Source: a bacterium
GTDB lineage: Bacteria > Patescibacteriota > Patescibacteriia > UBA9934
Direction: 5' to 3'
Length of the DNA stretch: 64,000 bases
Assembly (NCBI GenBank): GCA_027592325.1
Contig: JAQCKO010000003.1
Location: forward strand, 941-64,940
Below are positions 1-8,724 of this stretch, piece by piece. Below the pieces are notes generated by a model, which saw only the letters and a program-made list of their open reading frames with translations, ran no database searches and had not been told where the DNA came from. A program made the translations under genes and the position numbers. Numbering within the stretch: the first letter of the stretch is position 1; each line of letters begins with the position of its first letter.

Positions 1-9
1 AAGTTCTAT

Positions 10-1917
10 CTACTGACAGACAACGCATTCCTCGGTATCAAAGTCTCGTTTCACGCTATCTGCCTCAATACCACGCGCTTGAATTGGGGCAGACGACCGC
101 AGGTAGTAAAGGCTCTTCAATCCCGCTTTCCACGCAAGGAAGTGGGCATCGTGTAGATACTTACCGCTAATTGGGGTTTCGTAGAACAAGTTAAGCGACT
201 GTGCCTGATCAATCCACGGTTGACGTTCACCTGCCTGTTCTACAACCTCACGCATATTAATTTCATATCCAGTACGGAAGACCGCTTTTTCTTCTTCAGA
301 CAGAATATCGAGGTGCTGAACCGATCCTTTCGCCGCAATAATGGACTTCCACACGTCATCGGTATCATGCCCTTTTTCTTCAAGGAGCTTTTTCAGGAAT
401 TTATTTTTCACAAGAAAACTACCTGAAAGTGTTTTCTGCAAATAGGCATTTCCAGAAATTGGCTCGGTACAAGGCGTTGCTTCTCCGCAAATGAAACTAG
501 TTGAAGCTGTTGGTTGAATAGAGCTGGTGTAGCTATTGCGGCGCGTTCCACCATCGAGTGGCAGTCCGCGTTCACGCCCTAGTCGTTCAGAAGCGGCATG
601 TGTTGCTTCACCAATCGCTTTGTAAATCTCTTTATTGATCGCCCGCGCGAGGATGCTTTCAAATGGCACATTACTCTTCATCAGATATCCATGATATCCC
701 ATGGTTCCAAGTCCAATCGAACGCTCACTTTTTACCGAGTGAATGGCTTTTTTATACTCCTCTGCAGGGGCAAGCTCGCAGAATGTATCAAGGTTATTAT
801 CAAGTGCTTTCACGCAGAGATAGGTGATTTCTTCAACCTGATCTTTCCAATCATCCCATGTTTCAAGGTTCAAGTTCCCAAGGCAGCAAACGGCAGTACG
901 GTCATTTGTTGTTGGAAGCATGATTTCGGTACAAAGATTGCTTTGGCGAATTTCAAGGCCAAGATCTTTGTGATGCTGAGGACGCGCTTTGTTAGCGGTA
1001 TCGATGAAAACAAGATATGGCTCGCCGGTTTCTGCACGCATGGTAAGCAGTTTTCGCCACATTTCAAGGGCAGAAAGCTTCTTTGTAACCGTTTTATAGT
1101 GAGGGTCAATGAGCTCGTATTCTTCGTCATTCTCAACCGCCTGCATGAATTTGTCGGTAATGACGACGCCATGATGAATATTGAGCGTTTTACGGTCGAT
1201 ATCTCCTCCAGTCGGCTTACGAATTTCAAGAAAATCTTCAATGTCTGGATGATCAATACGAAGATAAGCAGCAGCAGCACCGCGACGTGTTGAATTGCGC
1301 GAAATTGCGAGTGTTTCTGAGTCCATGATTTTGAGGAAAGGAATCACCCCGCTTGATTTGAGTCCACTCGACTTTAGTGGGGCATTTTGTCCTCGAAGCT
1401 GTGACCAATCTGTTCCAATTCCTCCGCCGTATTTTGAAAGGAAGGCATTTTCGCGGTAGACATCGAAAATTCCGCCAAGGTCGTCTGGAACGGTATTAAG
1501 GAAACAAGAAATAGGAAGACCTTTGTTTGTCCCAATATTCATGAGTACAGGGGTTGCTGGGGTGAACCAAAGCAAACTCATACTGTCGTACAGCTTTTGT
1601 GCGAAAGCAGCATCGCCACGCGACATACCTGTTGCGACACGCGCAAAGAATGTTTGCGGACGCTCACAGATTTGGTCCTTCTCGTCACGAAGGAAATAGC
1701 GTTCTTTTAAGTTTTCAAGTCCAAAATAGGTAAGCAATTTGTCACGTTCGGGCCGAAGCTGAATGCCTGATTGAATGGCACGGTCGGTAATGTAGTGAGG
1801 ATGATCCCAGCTGTGCTTTCCTTCGGTTTCCTCATGAATTTCCTGAAGAAGGTGATCGCGAGCAGCTACGAGATTATGCGTTGAAATGGCTTCAATGATG
1901 GCGGTTCGGTGAGACAT
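10..1917 (-). CDS. nrdA: Class Ia ribonucleotide reductase alpha subunit
   Basis: Motifs ATPVLMN, PISCFL, RQSNLCTEI, QPTAST, KSLYY and the C-terminal CxxC (ECVVCQ); adjacent to the beta subunit. Confidence 0.95.
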   Translation of the reverse strand: MSHRTAIIEAISTHNLVAARDHLLQEIHEETEGKHSWDHPHYITDRAIQSGIQLRPERDKLLTYFGLENLKERYFLRDEKDQICERPQTFFARVATGMSRGDAAFAQKLYDSMSLLWFTPATPVLMNIGTNKGLPISCFLNTVPDDLGGIFDVYRENAFLSKYGGGIGTDWSQLRGQNAPLKSSGLKSSGVIPFLKIMDSETLAISRNSTRRGAAAAYLRIDHPDIEDFLEIRKPTGGDIDRKTLNIHHGVVITDKFMQAVENDEEYELIDPHYKTVTKKLSALEMWRKLLTMRAETGEPYLVFIDTANKARPQHHKDLGLEIRQSNLCTEIMLPTTNDRTAVCCLGNLNLETWDDWKDQVEEITYLCVKALDNNLDTFCELAPAEEYKKAIHSVKSERSIGLGTMGYHGYLMKSNVPFESILARAINKEIYKAIGEATHAASERLGRERGLPLDGGTRRNSYTSSIQPTASTSFICGEATPCTEPISGNAYLQKTLSGSFLVKNKFLKKLLEEKGHDTDDVWKSIIAAKGSVQHLDILSEEEKAVFRTGYEINMREVVEQAGERQPWIDQAQSLNLFYETPISGKYLHDAHFLAWKAGLKSLYYLRSSAPIQARGIEADSVKRDFDTEECVVCQ

Positions 1918-1962
1918 AGTGGGGGGATGTCGTTAGGGTTAAGTATGGTTGAAGAGTGAAGG

Positions 1963-2925
1963 TTACCAGTCAGAGACAACAGCGCCTTTTGCGTATTCTG
2001 TAGCTCGATTCTCAAAGAAGTTTGTATGTTCTTTTGCATTCACCATCACATCAAGCCAGCTAAGGGGGTTTGACGCTCCGTAAACTTTATCGAGGCCAAG
2101 GTCATTAAACTTCTTGTCTGCAGTGTAGCGAATATATGTTTTTACATCTTCAGGCTTAAGACCCGGAACGGCTCCCATGTCAAAGCATGTATCGACAAAT
2201 TTATCTTCAAGAGCGACAATTTCTTTCCCTGCGGCATACAGTTTCTGCTGCAGTTCCGATGTCCAAAGGCTTCGATTTTCCCTTATCAAATCTGCAAATA
2301 AATTGCATACACCTTCCGAATGTAACGTTTCGTCACGAATGCTCCAAGTCACAATTTGCCCGACGCCACGTAATTTTCCAAGCCGTGGAAAATTCATCAA
2401 AATCGCGAACGAGGCAAATAGGCTCACGCCCTCCATGAACGCTCCAAAGACCGCCATGTTCAGGATTAAATCTTCAACACTATTTACGTCAAAAGAATTG
2501 ATAAACTCAGATTTATTCCGCATTGAGTCATATTCAAGAAAGGCAGAGTATTCGCTTTCAGGAAGGCCAAGTGAATCGTTGAGATAGGAATATGCCCATA
2601 CATGAATACTTTCCATAGCCGCAAAAGCAGAGAGCATCATTTTAATTTCTGGCTTCGGAAAAGCAGGAATGAGCTTTGTATTGTAATTATTGTTTACTTC
2701 AACGTCACCTTGTGTAAAAAAGCGTAAAATCTGCATGACAAGATTTTTCTCTTCTTCAGAGAGATTGAATCGATAGTCTGTAATGTCATTTTCCATTGGA
2801 ACCTCAGTCGGTAGCCAATGTGCTTGATTTTGTTGTCGAAAATACTCAAAATACTGCGGATACTCGAATGGCCGGAAAACAGCACGTGGAGTAAGGATGG
2901 GGCTTGTTCCGTGAATATGTGTCAT
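1963..2925 (-). CDS. nrdB: Class I ribonucleotide reductase beta subunit
   Basis: Ferritin-like motifs FFTQGD, ESIH..Y, EGVSL, RDETLH and NFFE..ATEY; start taken at ATG 2925 (MTHIHG). Confidence 0.95.
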   Translation of the reverse strand: MTHIHGTSPILTPRAVFRPFEYPQYFEYFRQQNQAHWLPTEVPMENDITDYRFNLSEEEKNLVMQILRFFTQGDVEVNNNYNTKLIPAFPKPEIKMMLSAFAAMESIHVWAYSYLNDSLGLPESEYSAFLEYDSMRNKSEFINSFDVNSVEDLILNMAVFGAFMEGVSLFASFAILMNFPRLGKLRGVGQIVTWSIRDETLHSEGVCNLFADLIRENRSLWTSELQQKLYAAGKEIVALEDKFVDTCFDMGAVPGLKPEDVKTYIRYTADKKFNDLGLDKVYGASNPLSWLDVMVNAKEHTNFFENRATEYAKGAVVSDW

Positions 2926-3094
2926 AAATGGGTTCCTCCGCCCTAAATTGGGCAAAATGAAAAGACCTATCGAAGGGGATGGTCTTTCCGCTTCCGGGTG
3001 GGATCAAGTAAAGTTCGCTTGTATTCCCGCGCCGAAGCGGTACGCGTATATTAGCACAATGCTCCTTTTGGTAACGAATAAAGGGTGTGCATAA

Positions 3095-3142
3095 ATCCCA
3101 TATATTGTGTGGCTATTGAATGATTGGCACTATATGTAGTGG
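3095..3142. promoter_or_regulatory. Tandem NrdR boxes upstream of nrdBA
   Basis: ATCCCATATATTGTGT (3095-3110) and GCACTATATGTAGTGG (3127-3142) match the NrdR consensus acaCwAtATaTwGtgt. Their starts are 32 bp apart, as in typical tandem NrdR operators. Confidence 0.8.
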
Positions 3143-3189
3143 TACCGTTCATTTTTCCTTAATATACGCGCTCACTCATAAAAACTGTT

Positions 3190-4152
3190 CTATTGCCATT
3201 TAAATGCAGCACCTCGCATAATATGATTTGCAAAACGCTGAATGAGGCGAGTAACACCTGGACGCATTTCGTTGTGCAAAGAATGATCACCTCCATTAAC
3301 GACATGTGTAAATGCATTTATGCCTGATGCTCGCAGGACAGCCGCAAAATCTTCCTGTCTTTGTTCGTCATTTTTTGGGTCTTCACTGCCAACAATCAGG
3401 AGAGCAGGTGGGTCGTTAGGGTCAACGTAATTTATTGCCCCGTCCCTTGCAATCATGCCAGAGCGGTTAATTTTCACGTCGTCGTATAAGTTTTCTTGCG
3501 TAGCAAGGTAGTCAAGCGGTGCGATAATCTCGCTTCCAAACGGAGAAATAGTGACATCCACACCTTCTGGAATGAGATTTCCAAAGTGGGTGCTCTCCCC
3601 GTAATACCCAGCAATCGTGTAAGGTTCTTGAGAGCTACAGTTGTTCAACCAGTCAACGGTATCTTCATAAATCATGCGTGAAGTAATAACCCCTCCAAGC
3701 GAATAGCCATGGACCAAAAATTGTGAATTATCGCCGCCATAAACAGGTGCAATGCTCACCAGATGCGAAAGTGCACATGCGATATCGTATTCAAAACCTT
3801 CCTCTGAGTAGCGAAAATTTGTATTTGCAACAATGAAGCCAATATCGGTGTAGGTTGAGATACGATTCACGACTTTTTGCTTATCACCTTCGTCTTCACT
3901 GCCTCCGTGAACAAGTAAAACGACAGGAGCATTGGTATTGGTTTCACGATAATGCAAATCAAATGTTTGTAGATTATCGCTTCCGTAGGAGATATCACGC
4001 GCAATGGTAACAGGCGCATTTATTTGTGTTTGAATGTCTTCGTCTAGCTTCGTTGGATCTGTAAATATGCTCTGAAAGATAATGAACAGCGTAATCGCAG
4101 CGATTATGCCGATTCCACCTATGATGTATAAAGGGATAGTTGATGTGCGCAT
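3190..4152 (-). CDS. Membrane-anchored alpha/beta hydrolase (esterase/lipase)
   Basis: N-terminal TM helix, HGG oxyanion motif, GYSLG nucleophile elbow, D and GGDH near the C-terminus. Confidence 0.8.
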   Translation of the reverse strand: MRTSTIPLYIIGGIGIIAAITLFIIFQSIFTDPTKLDEDIQTQINAPVTIARDISYGSDNLQTFDLHYRETNTNAPVVLLVHGGSEDEGDKQKVVNRISTYTDIGFIVANTNFRYSEEGFEYDIACALSHLVSIAPVYGGDNSQFLVHGYSLGGVITSRMIYEDTVDWLNNCSSQEPYTIAGYYGESTHFGNLIPEGVDVTISPFGSEIIAPLDYLATQENLYDDVKINRSGMIARDGAINYVDPNDPPALLIVGSEDPKNDEQRQEDFAAVLRASGINAFTHVVNGGDHSLHNEMRPGVTRLIQRFANHIMRGAAFKWQ

Positions 4153-4208
4153 AAAAGCAGAGTAAATGTTAATATGAATATATTACCATTTTTAATTGTT
4201 TTTGTTAC

Positions 4209-4457
4209 ATGAAAAACATCACCATTTACACACAAAGTTATTGCATGTACTGTCAGCGGGCGAAATATACGCTAAGGCAAGAGGGGTTTGATTTTGAAGA
4301 AATCGACATTACCGAAAATCCGCAGTTACGAACTGAAATACAAGTAAAAACGGGAATGTATACGATGCCACAGATTTTTGTCGGCGAGGAATTCATCGGT
4401 GGCAGTGATGACCTTGATCGGCACATAGAAGAGGTGCGTGCGATGATGAGGTGGTAA
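4209..4457 (+). CDS. Glutaredoxin
   Basis: CMYC active site, TMPQIF and IGGSDDL; 82 aa; near RNR genes. Confidence 0.9.
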   Translation: MKNITIYTQSYCMYCQRAKYTLRQEGFDFEEIDITENPQLRTEIQVKTGMYTMPQIFVGEEFIGGSDDLDRHIEEVRAMMRW

Positions 4458-4517
4458 GTGGCCATGCTTGCTGAAGTTTGGTTGTAGGTTGTATGAGGTA
4501 GGTGGTACGATCGGAAT

Positions 4518-5285
4518 ATGTCAAAATTACTTCTCTCATGGAATGTGAATGGTGTGCGTGCAGCAGTCCAAAAAGGTTTTTTAGAATTTTTGCGTGATGT
4601 AGAGCCAGATGTTCTTGGTATTCAAGAAACAAAAGCCCATACCGAGCAGCTTGGGGACGATGTATTACATCCGGAAGGATATACCGGTATTTGGAATCAG
4701 GCGAAGAAAAAGGGATATAGCGGTGTTGCAACGTTTGTTAAAGACAAACCAGCATTTAGTACGTCGCAATTTGGGGAAGATTTGCTTGATGAAGAGGGGC
4801 GTATTGTTCTTACCGAGCATGACGGATTTTATTTGTTTAACGTCTATTTTCCAAATGGTGGGCGAGGGGAGGAGAGGCTGAAATACAAACTTGATTTTTA
4901 CAAAAGGTTTTTGGAGCTTGCAAATGCCTACAGGAAAAAACATCCGGTGATTATTTGCGGGGACATCAATACGGCACATCGTGAAATTGATCTTGCACGT
5001 CCAAAGCAAAACGAGAAAACGAGCGGATTCATGCCTGTTGAACGTGCATGGCTAGACGAACTTGAAGCGAATGGATACGTCGACAGTTTCCGCGCGTTTC
5101 ATCCAGGCGAGGCAGAATGGTATACCTGGTGGGATATGAAATCACGTTCTCGTGACCGGAATGTTGGCTGGCGGATTGATTATTTTTGGGTCGATAAAGC
5201 CCTCATGCCACGTGTAACGGACGCGTTTATTTTACGAGATATTCATGGAAGTGATCATTGTCCGGTAGGCATTCGTATTGATTAG
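4518..5285 (+). CDS. xth: Exodeoxyribonuclease III (AP endonuclease)
   Basis: SWNVNG, QETK, GYSGV, GDIN, GWRIDY and GSDHCP motifs. Confidence 0.95.
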   Translation: MSKLLLSWNVNGVRAAVQKGFLEFLRDVEPDVLGIQETKAHTEQLGDDVLHPEGYTGIWNQAKKKGYSGVATFVKDKPAFSTSQFGEDLLDEEGRIVLTEHDGFYLFNVYFPNGGRGEERLKYKLDFYKRFLELANAYRKKHPVIICGDINTAHREIDLARPKQNEKTSGFMPVERAWLDELEANGYVDSFRAFHPGEAEWYTWWDMKSRSRDRNVGWRIDYFWVDKALMPRVTDAFILRDIHGSDHCPVGIRID

Positions 5286-6466
5286 CTTGGCATTTCCTCA
5301 AGCGTGAGTGTGGTTGTGAGTTCATCTTCGCCCCGAAGTATACGAAGCGTTACCTTGTCGCCAACATTGTAGCGACGAATAAGAATCGCAAGACTTTGTT
5401 CTTGCGTGATATTGTCCTCATTTACGGAGAGGATAATGTCGCCCTCCTGCAGGCCGGCTTTTGCAGCCGGCGAATCGTTGAGGATGGCATTTTCGCCGGT
5501 TACATACGCTCCATTTTGGACAGGAAGTTCAATGTCTGCAAAAGGGACAGGGATGTACTGAACACCAATATATGGACGAATGACCCGTCCATTTTCGATA
5601 ATCGATTCTATGGTCATTTGTACGGTATTTGACGGGAGAGCAAACCCGATATTCTCTGAACCAGATGCAACGGCAACATTTACACCTATAACCTCACCAC
5701 GAAGATTAAGGAGCGGTCCGCCAGAATTTCCGGGATTAATCGCTGCATCAGTTTGAATGACATTATCAAGAAGTTCAGAATTGCCGCGATTATCTCCTGC
5801 AATAATTGATCGCGACAGACCAGAAACAACGCCGGTCGAAACGGAATTGCTGTATTCGGCGAGAGCATTCCCAATGGCAATTACCGACTGACCAAGCCGA
5901 AGCTGTTCAGAATCACCGAATGTGAGATAGGGAAGCTGTTGTCCGTCAATTTTCAATAAGGCAATATCGAGCATGGTATCGCGATCAATCACATCGGCGA
6001 TAAAGTCTCGTCCATCTGGAAGGTGCACCGTATAGGTAGCGTCAATGCTTGAGACTACATGGGCATTGGTGACCAAATAGCCGTCTTCAGAAACGATAAA
6101 ACCAGATCCTCCACCGACTTCACGCTCAATAGTTCCATCTTGTTCTAAGAGTGGGACCTGAATGTCAAGGCCGAAGAAATCCTCGAATGGATTATCGAAA
6201 ACACGATTGAAACTTGGGACTTCTTCGGTAATGCTAATCGCCACAACGGCAGGGTTTACGACATCAACAATATCGGCGACACCGAGGACGGTTCCATTGA
6301 GACTGCTCGTAAGCATTGCTGCCTTACGCGTAAGATCGGTTTCAACGGGTTGCATAAGAAGATAGAGCCCCACGAATGAAAGCGTAAAAATCGCTCCTAT
6401 AATACCGCCGGTAATAGTATTCGAGAGTGATGATTGTTTTATTGATGACATATCTCTATTGTTCAC
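5282..6466 (-). CDS. htrA: HtrA/DegP-family serine protease with PDZ domain
   Basis: TNAHVV, QTDAAINPGNSGGPL, C-terminal PDZ domain, N-terminal TM anchor. Confidence 0.9.
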   Translation of the reverse strand: MNNRDMSSIKQSSLSNTITGGIIGAIFTLSFVGLYLLMQPVETDLTRKAAMLTSSLNGTVLGVADIVDVVNPAVVAISITEEVPSFNRVFDNPFEDFFGLDIQVPLLEQDGTIEREVGGGSGFIVSEDGYLVTNAHVVSSIDATYTVHLPDGRDFIADVIDRDTMLDIALLKIDGQQLPYLTFGDSEQLRLGQSVIAIGNALAEYSNSVSTGVVSGLSRSIIAGDNRGNSELLDNVIQTDAAINPGNSGGPLLNLRGEVIGVNVAVASGSENIGFALPSNTVQMTIESIIENGRVIRPYIGVQYIPVPFADIELPVQNGAYVTGENAILNDSPAAKAGLQEGDIILSVNEDNITQEQSLAILIRRYNVGDKVTLRILRGEDELTTTLTLEEMPS

Positions 6467-7061
6467 GATTCATGTGAGTATGTTACACCTCGATTGACGA
6501 GCTGTGTAGTTCGCGAGACGTTTTAGAGGAGGGGGTTAGATGAAACTTCAAAACGCCTCGTATTGCATGAAGACACGAACGGCTACCTATTAGGTGACGA
6601 GCCACGGCACATCTGCACAGACGAATCACGGTACACTAGTCGTGACGTTAGCGTTTAGCGCAGTGATGTCAGATATCATGTGTGCATTGGCAATCGCACA
6701 CGATGTAGTGCAAGAGGGGGAGGTTAATCTGGAGAGCGACAGATCCGGATGATCAAGTGAGACATGTTGTTTTGCGTGGGAGCAAGTGGGATTGTTGATG
6801 CGTCAGCTTGAGACGAGTGCCCAAAAGGAGGAATTTTGGCGAATTGTTTCAGATGCGCATCATCGCATTGTCTCGGAAGTCTTTGCTCAAGAGCTTATGC
6901 GCCGCCATTTGGTAGTAGCTCTTCCCCATGTGTGACCACCTTCTTTGTGGGGGTGGTCTTGAATATTTCTCAACGATCTGTTATCATTCTGTCACAATTT
7001 TCTGTTCAAAAGACTCGTTGTACAAATAGTCCGCACAGGAAATAAAATGAAAGAACAACCT

Positions 7062-7136
7062 TCCGGGGTAGCTCAGTGGCAGAGCAGTTGGCTGTTAACC
7101 AATTGGTCGTGGGTTCGAATCCCACCCCCGGAGCCA
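7062..7136 (+). tRNA. tRNA-Asn (GTT) with encoded CCA
   Basis: Acceptor stem TCCGGGG/CCCCGGA, D-arm GCTC-AGTGGCA-GAGC, anticodon arm GTTGG-CTGTTAA-CCAAT, T-loop GTTCGAAT, 3' GCCA. Confidence 0.97.
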
Positions 7137-7171
7137 TCAAAGAATCTCAGTTTTACTGAGGTTTTTTGTTT
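7137..7171 (+). terminator. Intrinsic terminator-like hairpin after tRNA-Asn (also the right half of a cassette junction)
   Basis: CTCAGT-TTT-ACTGAG followed by GTTTTTTG; near-identical copy after 14121. Confidence 0.7.
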
Positions 7172-7217
7172 GACCCAAGTGGGATTTCAGAACCCTAGTG
7201 TGATAACATGGCTCCAT

Positions 7218-7928
7218 ATGTTTTTAGAAGAAATGAAAACAACAGATTTTGAGGAAGGCAAAAAGTACATTTTTGTCATTCCAACGGGATCTACGGAACA
7301 ACATGGACCGTTCCTACCGCTTGGCACGGATTCTTACATTCAGGATGCAATTATCAATGGGGCCGAGAAACAGCTGACTGAGTTTATCTTTCTTCCAACG
7401 ATGCGGATTACTTGCTCAGAGGAACATGAAGGTTTTGCGGGGTCTGTTTGGATTTCACTCGATACTATGGAGCGTGTAATGAACGATATCTGTAAGTCGC
7501 TAGAGCCTTACGCTAAGAAGTTCATTTTCACTACGGCTCACGGTGGAAATATTGAGGTATTAAAGCGATTTGTTGAAAAGCATAAAAATGATTTTCCTAA
7601 TATCGAACTTCATTACGTAGACCCTGATAACGAAGAGATCGAGGAGAAGACGGTTGAATTGATTGGCGGACCAGTGGAAGATCATGCTGGTAACACGGAA
7701 ATCTCTATTATGCTTGGAATTCGTAACGACCTAACAATGATCCCAACTAAAGATTACCCGAAAAAGATTCTTGATAATGCTTTCAAAACAAATCGCTTGA
7801 AAGATTTCTCAGAAGACGGGATTGCCGATAACCATCCAGATTGGGTAATAGATGAAAGCCACGGAGAAAAGATACTGGACTGGATTGTTGAAGATTTTGT
7901 CGACTCATTGAAGAAGATTGTAAGCTAG
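7218..7928 (+). CDS. Creatininase/mycofactocin MftE-like amidohydrolase (cassette cargo)
   Basis: PTGSTEQHGPFLPLGTD, AHGGN and HAGNTEIS motifs. True start is ATG 7218; the longer ORF runs through the tRNA. Confidence 0.85.
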   Translation: MFLEEMKTTDFEEGKKYIFVIPTGSTEQHGPFLPLGTDSYIQDAIINGAEKQLTEFIFLPTMRITCSEEHEGFAGSVWISLDTMERVMNDICKSLEPYAKKFIFTTAHGGNIEVLKRFVEKHKNDFPNIELHYVDPDNEEIEEKTVELIGGPVEDHAGNTEISIMLGIRNDLTMIPTKDYPKKILDNAFKTNRLKDFSEDGIADNHPDWVIDESHGEKILDWIVEDFVDSLKKIVS

Positions 7929-7967
7929 ATAAATTGATCCATCGCCATCAGGGACTCCAAGTTTGCC

Positions 7968-7996
7968 GTTCTGAATCCGTCCAGTATTCGGAGCCA
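7968..7996 (+). repeat. Cassette junction site 1 (att-like)
   Basis: GTTCTGAATCCGTCCAGTATTCGGAGCCA followed by the hairpin ATAAAAATTCACCG-TCTTGTG-CGGTGGATTTTTAT. Confidence 0.85.
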
Positions 7997-8031
7997 ATAA
8001 AAATTCACCGTCTTGTGCGGTGGATTTTTAT

Positions 8032-8185
8032 TGGCTCTGGAGGGGGTAGGACAGTCCTGAGGACTGTCCGTGGGATGAGAACGGCCGGAGGCATATGTCG
8101 TCAGCAGACGACATGCCGAGGCCTGGTCCTGAGTGCGGTTTTCTGCAGAAAACCGACACGACGGCGAATCCCACCCCCGGAGCCA
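8032..8185. repeat. Multi-hairpin palindromic element bounded by inverted tRNA-Asn 3'-end copies
   Basis: Starts TGGCTCTGGAGGGGG..GTGGGAT and ends CGAATCCCACCCCCGGAGCCA; internal palindromes at 8049-8069, 8095-8114 and 8136-8155. Confidence 0.7.
8165..8185 (+). repeat. Exact 21-bp duplicate of the tRNA-Asn 3' end (attL-like, junction 2)
   Basis: CGAATCCCACCCCCGGAGCCA identical to 7116-7136. Confidence 0.95.
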
Positions 8186-8520
8186 GGCTAGACGATCAGC
8201 ATCAAAGCTGATCGTTTTGCTTTTCTGAGGTATGTAATCAGATAGATTTAGTACCAAATTAAAAGGACTTCTTAATTCTAACAGTAATTTGCGATCCTTT
8301 AATTCTGGGTTCTGAACGAGGAAATTAATGAATTGGCGTTTTTCGTGTAATTCAGCACCTTCGAATATTTCTCGAGAACGACGAGCCACGGAAAGTACCG
8401 TGGCTACTGTCGTTTTGTAGTCATGATCTGCTTGAGTATGTTCTCCAAGCTCTATATTTAGACGCTGAAGACGATCTGTAAGCTCTTGCAGTTTTGTGTC
8501 GTAATCCTCCTTAGTAATCC
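8165..8520 (-). pseudogene. C-terminal remnant of a large serine recombinase-like integrase
   Basis: ITKEDYDTKLQEL coiled coil, EKRQFINFLVQN..L and LRSPF, reading into the antisense tRNA end (WLRGWDS). No catalytic N-terminus. Family call is by motif resemblance only. Confidence 0.65.
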
Positions 8521-8638
8521 GCACATTGAACTGGACACAACTTCGAAGGATTGGGATGGGTGTGTAGAAACGATTCTCAAACTGCTCGACGATGAGAGAA
8601 ACTGAACCATCAACAGCTTCAGCTCTGGCTACTTCACT

Positions 8639-8667
8639 GTTCTGAATGCGTCCAGTATCGGGAACCA
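8639..8667 (+). repeat. Cassette junction site 3
   Basis: GTTCTGAATGCGTCCAGTATCGGGAACCA plus hairpin. Confidence 0.8.
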
Positions 8668-8724
8668 ATAATCCTTCGCTAATTTCAGCGGCGGATTTTT
8701 GATACCCAAATAAAATTCAGAACC

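Noticed and set aside
6480-7045. Possible gene upstream of the tRNA
   Set aside because: Only short interrupted frames and no recognisable motif; possibly decayed coding DNA
7047-7217. N-terminal extension of the 293-aa ORF
   Set aside because: It is a translation of the tRNA gene and its terminator; the protein motif starts at ATG 7218
8165-8185. Second tRNA gene
   Set aside because: Only the last 21 nt match; no D-arm or anticodon arm upstream
7925-8668. The 247-aa ORF as a real intact gene
   Set aside because: It is a chance in-frame chimera of a junction flank, the recombinase remnant, the palindromic element and site 1
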